Source of the DNA: an uncultured delta proteobacterium | GTDB lineage: Bacteria > Desulfobacterota > Binatia > Binatales > Binataceae | DNA length: 64,000 nucleotides | Direction: 5' to 3' | Assembly: GCA_963808235.1 (NCBI GenBank) | Contig: CAWEEQ010000004.1 | Coordinates: 1,248,001-1,312,000 of the forward strand | Shown: positions 20,674-31,310 of the stretch, in pieces | Layout: each line of letters begins with the position of its first letter | How positions within the stretch are numbered: the first letter of the stretch is position 1 | Program-made: the position numbers and the translations under genes | The notes under the pieces: model-generated | The model's database searches: none | What the model was told of the DNA's origin: nothing | Seen by the model: the letters and a program-made list of their open reading frames with translations, nothing else

Positions 20674-22320
20674 ATGGGAACGGCGCTCGATACCTCGAAT
20701 CGGATGGAAAACACCGAGTCTGTCCACAGTCCGCCGCCGCGCGGGTCGCGCGCCGCCAACTGGGTATTCGGCACGATCGCGGCGATCATCCTTTTGATCT
20801 TTGTCGTCTCCTTCTTTCTCGATTCGATGGTCCGGACGCGCGTGATGGCGCAGATGAATTCGAACCTGGTCGGCTATCACACGAATCTGAGTCGTGCTCA
20901 TGTTCAGTTGCTGAACGGATCGCTGACGCTGTTCGGCCTGATCGTCATCCAGGATACCCATCCGAAACCGCCGGTAGCCGATATCCCGAAGATGGGGTTT
21001 CACATTCAGTGGCGTGAGATTTTTTCCGGCCGCGTGGTCGCCGATCTGTTGCTCACTCATCCGCACGTACATATCAATCTCATCCAATTGCGAGCGGAGA
21101 AAGCGAGTTCAATACCGCTTACCGAAAAGGGATGGCAGGACGCGATTCAGGCCGTGTACCCATTCAAGATTAACCTGTTCCGAATTCGCGACGGCGAGTT
21201 TACCTATATCGATACCGACCCCGAGCGGCCGCTCCATCTGACGGACCTTTCGTTCCGCGCCGATAACATTCGCAATATTCACTACCGTGACCAGGAATAT
21301 CCATCGCCGTTCCATGCGGAGTCGGTTGTATTTGAGAAAGGGCGAATGACTATTGATGGAAAAGGGAACTTTCTCGAAAAGCCGCTGCCCGGATTGCTGG
21401 CCCAATACTGGGTGGAGAATATACCGCTGAAGGAATTCGAGCCGGAGCTTCAACGCGCGAACTTCCACGTCTACGGCGGTACCTTCACGAGCAAAGGCCA
21501 GATGGAATACAACCGGCAAATCAGAAGATACGAAGTAGACGAAGCCACCGCCGACGGCGTCCATCTCGACTACGTCCACACCTCGCAGACCGCAAGCGCC
21601 GAAACGCAGCGGATGAACATCGTCAAGACCACCGCCGCCAAGGTCACCAACGCGCCGGACACCGTATTGGACGTTCACCAGGTGAGTCTTGTGCACAGTG
21701 AATTGAAGTTCATCGACGACGCGTCGAATCCGCACTTCAAACTTGCGGTGACCAACCTGAATCTCAAGGCCAGAAACCTTTCCAACCATCTGAGCACCGG
21801 TCCGGCCAATCTGAGCTTGACCGGCAAGCTGATGGGCTCGGGCGATACTACGATGACTGGAGTTTTGCGGCCGGAAAAAAACGGTCCCGATTTCAATTTC
21901 GATCTGACCAGCGTCAATACCGATCTGACGTCGCTGAACGATTTTCTGCGCGCCTATGGAAAATTCGACGTGGCGTCTGGGCACGTCTCGATCTACACCC
22001 AGATGTCGATGAAGAATCACTATATGACCGGCTACGTGAAGCCGATCTTCACCGACGTAAAAGTCTATGACCCGCAAAAGGACAAGAAGAAACCCATCCT
22101 TCACCAGGCGTACGAAATGGTCCTGGGCGGCGCGGCCAAGCTTCTGAAGAATCGATCGACAGAGCAGGTCGCCACCAAAGTCGATATCTCCGGCCCGGTC
22201 AACACTCCAAATATCAGCGTATGGCAGGCTATCGGGCAGTTCATTGAGAACGCGTTCGTCAAGGCGATCGTTCCCGGCTACGACCATGAAGTGAGCCAGT
22301 CCCGCGCCGCGAAGACCTAG
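20674..22320 (+). CDS. DUF748 domain protein (tandem AsmA-like domains)
   Basis: N-terminal TM; LNDFLRAYGKFDVASG...GYVKPIF...LKNRSTEQVAT...ENAFVKAI C-terminal pattern of DUF748 proteins. Confidence 0.8.
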   Translation: MGTALDTSNRMENTESVHSPPPRGSRAANWVFGTIAAIILLIFVVSFFLDSMVRTRVMAQMNSNLVGYHTNLSRAHVQLLNGSLTLFGLIVIQDTHPKPPVADIPKMGFHIQWREIFSGRVVADLLLTHPHVHINLIQLRAEKASSIPLTEKGWQDAIQAVYPFKINLFRIRDGEFTYIDTDPERPLHLTDLSFRADNIRNIHYRDQEYPSPFHAESVVFEKGRMTIDGKGNFLEKPLPGLLAQYWVENIPLKEFEPELQRANFHVYGGTFTSKGQMEYNRQIRRYEVDEATADGVHLDYVHTSQTASAETQRMNIVKTTAAKVTNAPDTVLDVHQVSLVHSELKFIDDASNPHFKLAVTNLNLKARNLSNHLSTGPANLSLTGKLMGSGDTTMTGVLRPEKNGPDFNFDLTSVNTDLTSLNDFLRAYGKFDVASGHVSIYTQMSMKNHYMTGYVKPIFTDVKVYDPQKDKKKPILHQAYEMVLGGAAKLLKNRSTEQVATKVDISGPVNTPNISVWQAIGQFIENAFVKAIVPGYDHEVSQSRAAKT

Positions 22321-22398
22321 CTGTCCGTCTCTTGCCCAACTCGCACCGCCTCATTTAGTGTCGCCGCAGGATCATCTTCATCTCAAGGAGGCACCCTG

Positions 22399-22944
22399 AT
22401 GGCGGCGCGCGTTCCGTATTTGAATCGTGACGATCTCCCCGAAGCAGACCGCGTGATCTTCGATAATCTGGCGGCAGAGCGCGGCGGAACAGTCGGTAAT
22501 ATCTTTCGCACGCTGGCGCATACGCCGAATCTGCTGAGGCGGTTCCTTGGGCTCGGCGGAGAGCTGCGCAACAAGACCGCGCTCGACCCAAAGCTCCGCG
22601 AACTCGCGATCGTAACCGTCGGCCGTCTAACCGATGCGCAATACGAGTTTGTGCATCATTGGAATATCGCGCGGCGGGTCGGCGTCACACGCGAGCAGCT
22701 CGAGGCGCTCGCCGACTTCGAGAAGTCTCCGCATTTCAGCAACGATGAGCGCGCCGTTATTCGCTATGCGGTCGAAGCGACCAACAATGTGCGCGTGAGC
22801 GATGCGACCTGGAACGCACTCAAGTCATTTCTCGACACGCGACGAATCATGGAGCTGGTACAGAATGTCGCCTTCTACAACATGGTCGTGCGCGTACTGG
22901 TCCCAGTTGGCGTCGAACTAGAACCCGGCACGGTCAAGCAGTGA
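22399..22944 (+). CDS. Carboxymuconolactone decarboxylase/AhpD-like family protein
   Basis: NIFRTLAH.P, LDPKLRELAI, YEFVHH; AAGGAGG RBS. Confidence 0.88.
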   Translation: MAARVPYLNRDDLPEADRVIFDNLAAERGGTVGNIFRTLAHTPNLLRRFLGLGGELRNKTALDPKLRELAIVTVGRLTDAQYEFVHHWNIARRVGVTREQLEALADFEKSPHFSNDERAVIRYAVEATNNVRVSDATWNALKSFLDTRRIMELVQNVAFYNMVVRVLVPVGVELEPGTVKQ

Positions 22945-23185
22945 CGAATTGAAGGTAGCGGCGCCGGCAAGGTCTATTCGATCTGCCTCAGCCAGCGCGT
23001 TCGTGCAGTCGCGTGCGTCGACGGGAATCTCTTACGATTGATCTTTCTCCACCCGGATCACGATTCCAAGTATGAGCGCAGATGAGCTGTGGGACATGCC
23101 TCTTTCGATTTGACTTGACGCTCAGTTCGGTGCGAACTTCCGAAAGCCAAGCTGATTTGCGCTTCAGCTGCCTGGAGGTTGGGCC

Positions 23186-24880
23186 ATGACGGAGTTCGAC
23201 CTTGTCATTCGCGATGGAATGATCGTCGACGGAACCCGGATGCCGCGATTTCGTGGCGATGTCGGCGTCAAGGACGGCCGTATCGCGCGCATCGGGCGGC
23301 TCCGCTCCACCGATGCTGCCGAGACGATCGACGCGTCGGGCATGATTGTCGCTCCCGGATTTGTCGATCTGCATACCCATTACGACGCGCAACTCTTTTG
23401 GGATCCGTACTGCTCGATCTCGAGCTGGCACGGCGTCACCTCGGTGGTCATCGGTAATTGTGGATTCGGCTTCGCGCCTGTGCATCCTGAGGGCCGCGAG
23501 CGCGCGATGCTCACGATGACCCGCGTCGAGGCGATCCCTTACGCCTCGATGAAGGCCGGGATGCCGTGGGACTGGACCACCTTTCCGGAATTTCTCGACA
23601 GCGTCGATCGCCGACCCAAGGCGGTGAACGTTCTTCCATACGTTCCAGTATCGCCGCTGCTGACTTGGGTGATGGGCTTGGAAGCGGCCAAATCCCGTCC
23701 GCCGACCGAAGAGGAGACGCGCGAGATTTGCCGGCTCTTCGACGAAGCGATGGATGCGGGCGCCTGCGGATGGTCCGCGCAGCGGCTCGATCCAAAAGGC
23801 CCGGCTTGTGTGCAGCGCGACTTCGACGGCACGCCGATGGTCTCCGATCTGATGGCCGACGAGACGTGCCTCGCCCTCGCGCGAGTGCTCGGACGGCGTA
23901 ACGAGGGCTTCATACAGATGACGCTGGTCAGCGCAGATCCGATGCACGACCTCAATCACTTCGAGCAGCTCGCCGGGTTGAGTGGACGGCCGGTGCTGTA
24001 CAATGTGGTGCAGCCGCGCGATTCGCATCCACAGATACATCGCGGGCAAATCCAGTGGCTCGAGAGTTGCCGCCAGCGCGGGTTGCGCGTGTATGGGCAG
24101 GCCGTCACCAGCGACACGGGGATGGCGTTCACATTTGTGGATTGGAACCTGTTCGACGAATCCCAGCCGTGGTGCGACGCGACCACGGGCACCGGGGCTG
24201 AGCGCAAGTCGAAACTCGCAGATCCATCGCGCCGCCACGCGCTCAAGATGCGCCTGCCGCGAGTCATAACCGACGAATTCGATCAAATCTATGTCACCCA
24301 GATCGCGCGCGACGACATGAAGGAGTACGAAGGTCTCACCTTGCGCGAATTCGGCGAGCGTACCGGAAAGCATCCGGTGGATGCGATGCTGGATCTGGCG
24401 GTCGCCGACGATCTTCGCACCGAGTTCTACGCGCCCGGCCCCAACCAGAACATGGACTACATGAAGGAGATGCTCGACTACCCGTACTTGATTCCGGGCG
24501 TCTCCGACGGCGGGGCGCATACCAAGTTTTTCACAGGCGGGCAGTATCCGACCGAATTCCTCGCGGGCCTGGTGCGCGACCGCCAGATGCTGAGTCTCGA
24601 GGACGCGCACTGGCGGCTCAGCGCTCTCCCCGCGCTATGCGCGGGTTTCCGCGATCGCGGAGTGATCCGCGAGAATGCACCTGCCGATATCGTAGTCTAC
24701 GACTACGAAAAACTCGCGATGCGTCCCGTCGAGATCGCGCACGATCTGCCGGGCGGCGAATGGCGCCGAGTCCGCAAAGCGGATGGCTACGAGCACATAC
24801 TGGTCAACGGCGAAGTCACAATGCGCGACGGAATCCAGACCGGCGCCTCGCCGGGGCGCTTGCTCCGCCACGGCGCCTGA
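23186..24880 (+). CDS. N-acyl-D-amino-acid deacylase family amidohydrolase
   Basis: APGFVDLHTHYD, HGVTSVVIGNCGFG, SDGGAH, ADIVVYD; GGAGG RBS. Confidence 0.9.
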   Translation: MTEFDLVIRDGMIVDGTRMPRFRGDVGVKDGRIARIGRLRSTDAAETIDASGMIVAPGFVDLHTHYDAQLFWDPYCSISSWHGVTSVVIGNCGFGFAPVHPEGRERAMLTMTRVEAIPYASMKAGMPWDWTTFPEFLDSVDRRPKAVNVLPYVPVSPLLTWVMGLEAAKSRPPTEEETREICRLFDEAMDAGACGWSAQRLDPKGPACVQRDFDGTPMVSDLMADETCLALARVLGRRNEGFIQMTLVSADPMHDLNHFEQLAGLSGRPVLYNVVQPRDSHPQIHRGQIQWLESCRQRGLRVYGQAVTSDTGMAFTFVDWNLFDESQPWCDATTGTGAERKSKLADPSRRHALKMRLPRVITDEFDQIYVTQIARDDMKEYEGLTLREFGERTGKHPVDAMLDLAVADDLRTEFYAPGPNQNMDYMKEMLDYPYLIPGVSDGGAHTKFFTGGQYPTEFLAGLVRDRQMLSLEDAHWRLSALPALCAGFRDRGVIRENAPADIVVYDYEKLAMRPVEIAHDLPGGEWRRVRKADGYEHILVNGEVTMRDGIQTGASPGRLLRHGA

Positions 24881-24964
24881 GAGAATTCGTGAGGCGTCGA
24901 TGCGATTTGCCTTTTGGGCGCCACGTCGCCTTTTCCCTCCTCTGAACCATAACCGACGTTTCGC

Positions 24965-25336
24965 GTGAAACATTCGCATACGGATTTTTTCGAATTGGGA
25001 ATCGACCTCTTCAATGAGGGCCGCTTCTTCGAGTGCCATGAGGCGTGGGAGGAAATCTGGAAACGCTCGGACGGCGAGGTGAAGCTCTTCTACCAGGGCC
25101 TGATCCAGGCTGCGGTCGCGATTCTGCATGCTCAGCGCGGAAATCTTGAAGGTGCGCGGTCGCTATACGATAAGGCGCGTGCGAAACTCGATTCGGTTCC
25201 CGACGAACACATGGGAATCGCGCTCGGCGAGATGCGCATCGCATTGGCGCAGTTCATCGAGGTTGCAATCAGAGCCGAAGGCAATCCGCTACCTGAACCG
25301 CCGCGGCTCAGACGAATTGGTCCCCAGTGGCACTAA
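24965..25336 (+). CDS. DUF309 domain protein
   Basis: LFNEGRFFECHEAWEEIW...YQGLIQAAV..H...GN..GA. Confidence 0.9.
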   Translation: MKHSHTDFFELGIDLFNEGRFFECHEAWEEIWKRSDGEVKLFYQGLIQAAVAILHAQRGNLEGARSLYDKARAKLDSVPDEHMGIALGEMRIALAQFIEVAIRAEGNPLPEPPRLRRIGPQWH

Positions 25337-25425
25337 GTTGCAATCAGGTAATTGTTTCCGTGGAAAATCGAAAATGTCCTTACGAAATGTTTAGCTGATA
25401 CATAAAAATCCCTTATATTTCTTGG

Positions 25426-25442
25426 CTGGAACGCTTCTTGCT
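25426..25442 (+). promoter_or_regulatory. Putative sigma-54 promoter
   Basis: CTGGAACGCTTCTTGCT, one mismatch to TGGCACG-N4-TTGCW with exact spacing; AT-rich tract upstream; AAGGAGG RBS and ATG 25479 downstream. Confidence 0.6.
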
Positions 25443-25478
25443 GCCTCTCTTGGCAATGGGCTAAGGAGGCCTGATTTT

Positions 25479-25874
25479 ATGAAGCTATCAACCGGAAAAA
25501 TTGTCCTCGGCGCTACGCTGGCGATTTCTCTCGGTACCTTTACTTGCCTTGCGAGCGCGTCGATCCCGTCGAAGGCGCAGCAGAGCACCGCGGCCTCCAA
25601 GAAGGGCGTAGGCATCCAGCTGGCGCAGGTCACGATGGAGCAGAAAGCAGATGAGAAAGCCGACGAAGTGAAAAACGAAGCCGTCGGTGCGAAGGACTCC
25701 GCAGTCGCGGTGCATCGCGAGCACGAAGCCAATGAGGCCCGGCCGCATACCATGACCGGAAAGATCGACAGCAAGGGCCGTGAAGTTCGCGACGAGGCTA
25801 CTGGCGCCGGCAACGCGGTCGAAGCCGCCCATCAGCAGCACGAAGCGCAGGAACGCAGTGAAGGCCGTGACTAG
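25479..25874 (+). CDS. Small secreted hydrophilic hypothetical protein with an internal repeat
   Basis: Signal peptide; KADEVKNEAVGAKDSAVAVHREHEA resembles KGREVRDEATGAGNAVEAAHQQHEA; strong RBS. Confidence 0.75.
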   Translation: MKLSTGKIVLGATLAISLGTFTCLASASIPSKAQQSTAASKKGVGIQLAQVTMEQKADEKADEVKNEAVGAKDSAVAVHREHEANEARPHTMTGKIDSKGREVRDEATGAGNAVEAAHQQHEAQERSEGRD

Positions 25875-25914
25875 AAATCTCGGCTAGCCGCATTGCGCTA
25901 ATCGAGGTAGATCG

Positions 25915-25954
25915 AAAAACAAAGGACCGCCATTCGTGGCGGTCCTTTTGTTTT
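25915..25954. terminator. Bidirectional rho-independent terminator
   Basis: AAAAACAAAGGACCGCCA-TTCG-TGGCGGTCCTTTTGTTTT between convergent genes. Confidence 0.9.
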
Positions 25955-25970
25955 ATAAAAGCGAGAAGAT

Positions 25971-26420
25971 CTAGAACGGGATATCTTCGTCGTCCATCGG
26001 CGCGACTTCGTCGCCGCCGCCTCCGACGCTTGCCGGTGCGCGACCGCGCGAGGAGTCTCCCGCGTCGTCACCCACAGCGCCGCCCCGCGAGCTCAGGAAC
26101 TGCACGCGCATCGCGACGATCTCCGTGACCTTGCGCTTGCCGGTTCCGTCCTTGGCTTCATACTCGCGATACGAGATGCGCCCCTCGACGTACACGGGGC
26201 TGCCTTTCTTCAAATATTGGGCGCACGCCTCACCCTGTTTGCCCCACACGATGATGTTGTGCCAGTCGGTGCGTTCCTGACGTCCGCCGCTCTTGTCGGC
26301 GAAACTTTCCTTGGTCGCGATCGAAAAGTTTGTAACCGAGCTGCCCGAGTTTGTATAGCGAGTCTCGGGGTCGCGTCCGAGATTGCCGATGAGAATCACT
26401 TTGTTTACCGACGCCGCCAT
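25971..26420 (-). CDS. ssb: Single-stranded DNA-binding protein
   Basis: SVNKVILIGNLGRDPE, WHNIIVWG, KGSPVYVEG, acidic tip DDEDIPF. Confidence 0.97.
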   Translation of the reverse strand: MAASVNKVILIGNLGRDPETRYTNSGSSVTNFSIATKESFADKSGGRQERTDWHNIIVWGKQGEACAQYLKKGSPVYVEGRISYREYEAKDGTGKRKVTEIVAMRVQFLSSRGGAVGDDAGDSSRGRAPASVGGGGDEVAPMDDEDIPF

Positions 26421-26555
26421 GCTCTCCACCTCACTTTTGGAAAGTAGTCCCGCCTCGTACTCAAGGCAAGGCGGGGCTCAGCACCTGTCAACATCGGCTT
26501 TCCCAGCCCGTTGAGCACCGATATAATTCGCCACGGTGCGGAGGCAGGATAGTTG

Positions 26556-28223
26556 ATGGCGGAAAGCACTGCTACGACCACTCCGGTGAGAATTGTTGCC
26601 CTCGGCGGATTGGGCGAGATCGGCCTGAACCTGATGGCGATAGAATGCGCCGGGCGGGCCATTGTGATCGACTGCGGCGTGATGTTCCCCGACGAGCCCG
26701 CGCTCGGGATGGGGACTTTCATTCCCGACATGTCCTGGCTCGAGCGCAGTCACGTGGCGATTGAGGCAGTAGTTCTGACCCATGCGCACGAGGACCACAT
26801 TGGGGCGCTGCCGCATCTTCTGCGTCGGTTCAACGTGCCTGTTTATGGAACCGACATCACGCTTGCGTTCGTGCGGCGGCGTCTGATCGAAAGTGAATTT
26901 GACGGAACGAACCTGAGAACCCTTGTACCGCGGACTATTCTCGAGGCGGGTCCGTTCAAAATCGAGCCGATCCGGGTCACTCATTCGACTCCGAATTCGA
27001 TTGCGCTGGCGATTCGCACCCCGGCAGGAACGATCGTCCATAGCGGCGACTTCAAGATCGACGAAGCGCCGGTGGACGGTGAGATGTTCGACCGCGAGCG
27101 TTTCGCGGAGCTGGGTGCAGAGGGCGTCGCGATTCTGCTTTCGGATTCGACCAACGTTGAACGGCCGGGCCGCTCCGGTTCGGAAAGCTCGCTCAAGCCG
27201 GTGCTGCGCGAACTGACCTCGCGTGCGCGCGGGCGGTTCTTTCTGTCGGCATTTTCCTCGCATCTGCATCGTATTCGACAGGTCGTGGAAGTCTCGCGCG
27301 AGTTCGGGCGCCGGGTCGTTCCATTGGGACGCAGGATGGCAGAGAGCGTGCGGCTGGGTCTCGAGACGGGCCAGCTGCCGTTTGCGCGAGCGATGTTCGT
27401 CGACGCGGCCGAAGCGGAGTTTATCGACGGCAATCGCCTGAGCTACCTGACCAGTGGAAGCCAGGGCGAACCGCTCTCCGCCCTGACCAAGCTCGCGTCG
27501 GACTCGCATCCGCGGGTGCGAATCGAGGCGGGCGACATGGTGGTGCTGTCGTCGCGCTTTATCCCGGGCAACGAGCGCACAATCAACACTTTGGTCAATC
27601 GGCTCTATCGTCAGGGGGCCGAGGTGGTCTACGACGCGGTCGCGCCGGTTCACGTTTCGGGGCATGCGTGCCAGGACGAACTGACGGAGTTGATCACGCT
27701 GACGAAGCCGCGATGCTTCGTTCCCATCCACGGTGAATATCGTCATCTGAAGCGCCACGTCGAGCTCGCGATCGGGGCTGGAATCCCGGAGGAAAATTGC
27801 TTCCTACTCGAAGACGGCGATTCGTTGATCGTCAATGCCGGCGAAGCGCATCGCGGCGCAACAGTCGAAGCGGGCCGGGTCATCCTGGAAGGATTAGAGG
27901 CTGGCGACCCCGCCGTGATCGGCGAGCGTCGAGTGCTCGCGCGCGACGGAATCGTGACGGCTTTTCTCGTTCTGTCGTCGAAAACCGGGCGCGTCATCGC
28001 GGGGCCTGACCTGATCTCGCGGGGACTGGTCAGCGGCGACGGCACCTCGGCGCACATGCGTCGGGTGAAAGAGGAATTGACGCGGCGGCTGGCCGCGATG
28101 GGCGGGCCGCTGCGCGCGAGCGAGCCGCGGGTGAAAGAGGAGATCGTTCGCGCGATTCGGCATTACTTCAGCGATGAGCTGGGCAAGCGTCCGCTGGTAA
28201 TCCCGTACGTAACGGAGGTGTGA
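26556..28223 (+). CDS. rnj: Ribonuclease J
   Basis: LGGLGEIGLN, THAHEDHIG, HSGDFK, GSQGEP, HVSGHA, PIHGE. Confidence 0.95.
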   Translation: MAESTATTTPVRIVALGGLGEIGLNLMAIECAGRAIVIDCGVMFPDEPALGMGTFIPDMSWLERSHVAIEAVVLTHAHEDHIGALPHLLRRFNVPVYGTDITLAFVRRRLIESEFDGTNLRTLVPRTILEAGPFKIEPIRVTHSTPNSIALAIRTPAGTIVHSGDFKIDEAPVDGEMFDRERFAELGAEGVAILLSDSTNVERPGRSGSESSLKPVLRELTSRARGRFFLSAFSSHLHRIRQVVEVSREFGRRVVPLGRRMAESVRLGLETGQLPFARAMFVDAAEAEFIDGNRLSYLTSGSQGEPLSALTKLASDSHPRVRIEAGDMVVLSSRFIPGNERTINTLVNRLYRQGAEVVYDAVAPVHVSGHACQDELTELITLTKPRCFVPIHGEYRHLKRHVELAIGAGIPEENCFLLEDGDSLIVNAGEAHRGATVEAGRVILEGLEAGDPAVIGERRVLARDGIVTAFLVLSSKTGRVIAGPDLISRGLVSGDGTSAHMRRVKEELTRRLAAMGGPLRASEPRVKEEIVRAIRHYFSDELGKRPLVIPYVTEV

Positions 28224-28257
28224 CGCTATCGCGCGCAACACCAAAACCCCGGTCGAA

Positions 28258-30483
28258 TTGCCCGCTGCGCCGCCGGTTGCGGAACCTGTTTCGATTGTGT
28301 CGGCGGCGAGCAGCCGTATCGCGCGCGAATTGTGCGCACTCGCACTGCTTGCGTTTGCCGCGTTCGGAACCGTCAGCCTCGTAAGCGTCGATATCGGACA
28401 ACGTCCGAACCTAGGCGGACCGGTCGGTGCCGCGATTGCTTCTGCGCTCGACGACTTCATTGGTTACCAGTCGTACACCGCAATGATCCTGGTCGCGTGG
28501 CTGGCGCATCGAGTATGGACGGGCAAGTCGTTGGTCACGATCGCGCGAGAGATAGCCGGCGGAATCATGCTGATCGCGGCGCTTGCAACCGCGGCCGCGC
28601 TCGGAAATCTCCACGACAGCCGCACCGGCGGCCAAATCGGCTCTATCGCAGCGACTCAACTGAACGACTCGCTCAACGTTGCCGGCGGGATGATCGCGGT
28701 GGCGCTCGGACTCATCTGCGGACTCGCATTGATGCTCAAGCGCGCGCCGACCGAACTCGTCTCGACCGTCTCGAGTAGACTTCGCCGCCGCCGCTCCGAC
28801 GAATCCGGTCTCGCAGCCGGCGACACTCGGGTTCCATTCGCGCTCGACTTTGACGATGAAGTCGGCGCCGATCACGTCAACGGCAAGCCGGCGCCGCTCA
28901 AGGTCAGGCTGCTCGAGCTGCGCGACGGGTCGTCGCGAGACGCGCGCGAGAAGCGCGATAAAGCCGCCGCGATGAAGCCGCGCCAGAAGGGCGCCTACAA
29001 ACTTCCGCCGCAATCGCTGCTCGATCTGCCGCCAGCCGAGCATACCCAGGTCGATGAGGGCCAGCTCGAACGCAGCGCGCGAGTACTCGAACAGAAGCTC
29101 GCGGATTTCGGCGTGGAAGGACGGGTGGTCGAGGTGCAGCCGGGGCCGGTGGTTACGATGTACAAGTTCGAGCCGGGCTCCGGAATCAAGGTCAGTCAAA
29201 TTGTAAATCTATCCGATGATCTCTCAATGGCTCTCAGAGCGGCCGCAGTGAGAATCCAGGCGCCGGTGCCGGGCGAAGCGGTGGTTGGAATCGAGGTGCC
29301 GAACCGAAAGCGCGAGCGCGTCTACCTGCGCGAGATTCTCGAGGCCGAGGAATTTGTCGCCGCGCAGAGTCAGCTTACGATCGCGCTGGGCAAAGATATC
29401 GCCGGACGGCCGGTGGCGGCCGATCTCGCCAAGATGCCGCATCTGCTGATCGCGGGCGCGACCGGAACCGGGAAATCGGTCTCGATTCACACCATGATCG
29501 CGTCGATTCTGTTCAACGCGACCGCCGACGACGTGCGCCTGATCCTGGTCGATCCCAAGATGCTCGAATTGTCGGTGTACGAAAATATTCCGCATCTGCT
29601 GGTGCCGGTGGTGGTCGATACGCAAAAGGCGGCGTCGGTGCTCCTGTGGGCGACCCAGGAGATGGAGAATCGGTACCTGAGGATGCGCGAGCTCGGCGTG
29701 CGCAATATCGACGGCTACAACCAGGCGCTAGCCTCGGGCGTATCGATTGCACAACTGAAGATGGCCGGGCAGAGCGCGCCCGCGTCGGACGACCCGAACG
29801 AGCCGGCCGTCGGCGCAATCGAGCATCGCAAGCTGCCGAAGATCGTAATCGTGATCGACGAGCTCGCCGATTTGCTGCTGAGCGAGGGCAAGACCGTCGA
29901 GCGCGATATCACGCGGCTGGCGCAGAAGGCGCGTGCGGCCGGTATCCATCTGATCCTGGCGACCCAGCGTCCGTCGGTGGATGTGATCACCGGGCTGATC
30001 AAAGCTAACCTGCCGGCGCGAATTTCGTTGCAGGTTACTTCGCGAGTCGATTCGCGCACGATTCTGGATTCAATTGGCGCCGAACGTCTGCTTGGCGCGG
30101 GCGACATGCTGTTCATGCCGCCGGGCAGCGCGAAACTGCGCCGTCTGCATGGCCCGTTCGTTGGAGAGCATGAGATTCGCAAGCTTACGAATTTCCTGCG
30201 GGAGCAGGGCGCGCCCGAGTATCGGATGGAGATTCTCGACACCAAGCCGCCGAGCGAGGAAGAGGGTGGCGGCCTCGGCGCGGAAATGCAGGACGAGATG
30301 TACGATGAGGCGGTGCGAATCGTCATGGAAACGAATCAGGCGTCGATCTCGATGATCCAGCGAAGACTGAGGATCGGATATAACCGTGCGGCGCGAATGG
30401 TCGAGCAGATGGAGCGCGAGAATATCGTGATGCCCGCCGATGGCGCCAAACCGCGCGAAGTCCGGCTGCGCGGCGCGCATTGA
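28258..30483 (+). CDS. ftsK: DNA translocase FtsK
   Basis: N-terminal TMs; PHLLIAGATGTGKSV, DPKMLEL, IDELADL, ATQRPSVDVITG, gamma domain SMIQRRLRIGYNRAAR. Start uncertain. Confidence 0.95.
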   Translation: MPAAPPVAEPVSIVSAASSRIARELCALALLAFAAFGTVSLVSVDIGQRPNLGGPVGAAIASALDDFIGYQSYTAMILVAWLAHRVWTGKSLVTIAREIAGGIMLIAALATAAALGNLHDSRTGGQIGSIAATQLNDSLNVAGGMIAVALGLICGLALMLKRAPTELVSTVSSRLRRRRSDESGLAAGDTRVPFALDFDDEVGADHVNGKPAPLKVRLLELRDGSSRDAREKRDKAAAMKPRQKGAYKLPPQSLLDLPPAEHTQVDEGQLERSARVLEQKLADFGVEGRVVEVQPGPVVTMYKFEPGSGIKVSQIVNLSDDLSMALRAAAVRIQAPVPGEAVVGIEVPNRKRERVYLREILEAEEFVAAQSQLTIALGKDIAGRPVAADLAKMPHLLIAGATGTGKSVSIHTMIASILFNATADDVRLILVDPKMLELSVYENIPHLLVPVVVDTQKAASVLLWATQEMENRYLRMRELGVRNIDGYNQALASGVSIAQLKMAGQSAPASDDPNEPAVGAIEHRKLPKIVIVIDELADLLLSEGKTVERDITRLAQKARAAGIHLILATQRPSVDVITGLIKANLPARISLQVTSRVDSRTILDSIGAERLLGAGDMLFMPPGSAKLRRLHGPFVGEHEIRKLTNFLREQGAPEYRMEILDTKPPSEEEGGGLGAEMQDEMYDEAVRIVMETNQASISMIQRRLRIGYNRAARMVEQMERENIVMPADGAKPREVRLRGAH

Positions 30484-30526
30484 TCGCGAATTGCGTGGCG
30501 GCTCATTTGCGTCGATCATAGAAAGG

Positions 30527-31207
30527 ATGAGGAGCGGGATTTTTCTTGCGATTGCGCTGGCGTTGACGGTCGGCACCCCTACTCATGCCGAAAATGTTAC
30601 GCCGGTCAGCGCGCCGGCAAGCAGCAGCGGCCTGAAGCAGGTGCTCGATCGCCTGCAGCGCCATTACCGCGACACGAATTCGTTCTCGGCAAAATTCAAC
30701 GAGGAGATAACTACGGTCGGCGCGCCCAAACGCCAACGCTCGGGTGTCGTTTCGTTCCGCAAGCCGGGCCGGATGCGATGGGAGTTCGCGGCGCCTGAAG
30801 TGCAAACGATCGTGAGCGACGGCGACATGCTCTACAGCTACGACCCGGAGCTCAACCAGGTCGTCGAGACTCCGCTCAAGCAGGCGCTCAAATCGAGCAG
30901 CGCGACTTCGTTCCTGCTCGGAATGGGAAATATCAACCGCGACTTCAAGGCCGAGTTTGCGAATTCGCCGGCGTCCGACGGTCTCATTCAATTGCTGTTG
31001 GACGCGAAGGCCGGTGGCTATAAGATTGAGATCGGGCTCGATCCGAAAAGCTACAACTTGATGACCTTGACGATTACCGATCAGCTTGGCGACGTGACCA
31101 AAGTAGATTTCACCGACATCCACAATAACGTCGAGCTGCCCGATTCGACTTTCGCATTCAAAGCGCCCACTGGCGCTGATATTGTGACAGCGCCTTCTGC
31201 GCCCTGA
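30527..31207 (+). CDS. lolA: Outer-membrane lipoprotein carrier LolA
   Basis: Signal peptide; FRKPGRMRWE...IVSDG...YDPELNQV; follows ftsK. Confidence 0.88.
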   Translation: MRSGIFLAIALALTVGTPTHAENVTPVSAPASSSGLKQVLDRLQRHYRDTNSFSAKFNEEITTVGAPKRQRSGVVSFRKPGRMRWEFAAPEVQTIVSDGDMLYSYDPELNQVVETPLKQALKSSSATSFLLGMGNINRDFKAEFANSPASDGLIQLLLDAKAGGYKIEIGLDPKSYNLMTLTITDQLGDVTKVDFTDIHNNVELPDSTFAFKAPTGADIVTAPSAP

Positions 31208-31310
31208 AGTACTTCAACGACGACGCGCTACGCTTAACTCTCGCAACCGCGTTTGCCTCGCCTCTATCCGGCGAGTATTTATAAAGGCCCCGTAATTTCG
31301 CGCTTCGCTC

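Noticed and set aside
25328-25342. Sigma-54 box TGGCACTAAGTTGCA
   Set aside because: GG-GC spacing is 9 nt rather than the required 10, and it overlaps the DUF309 stop.
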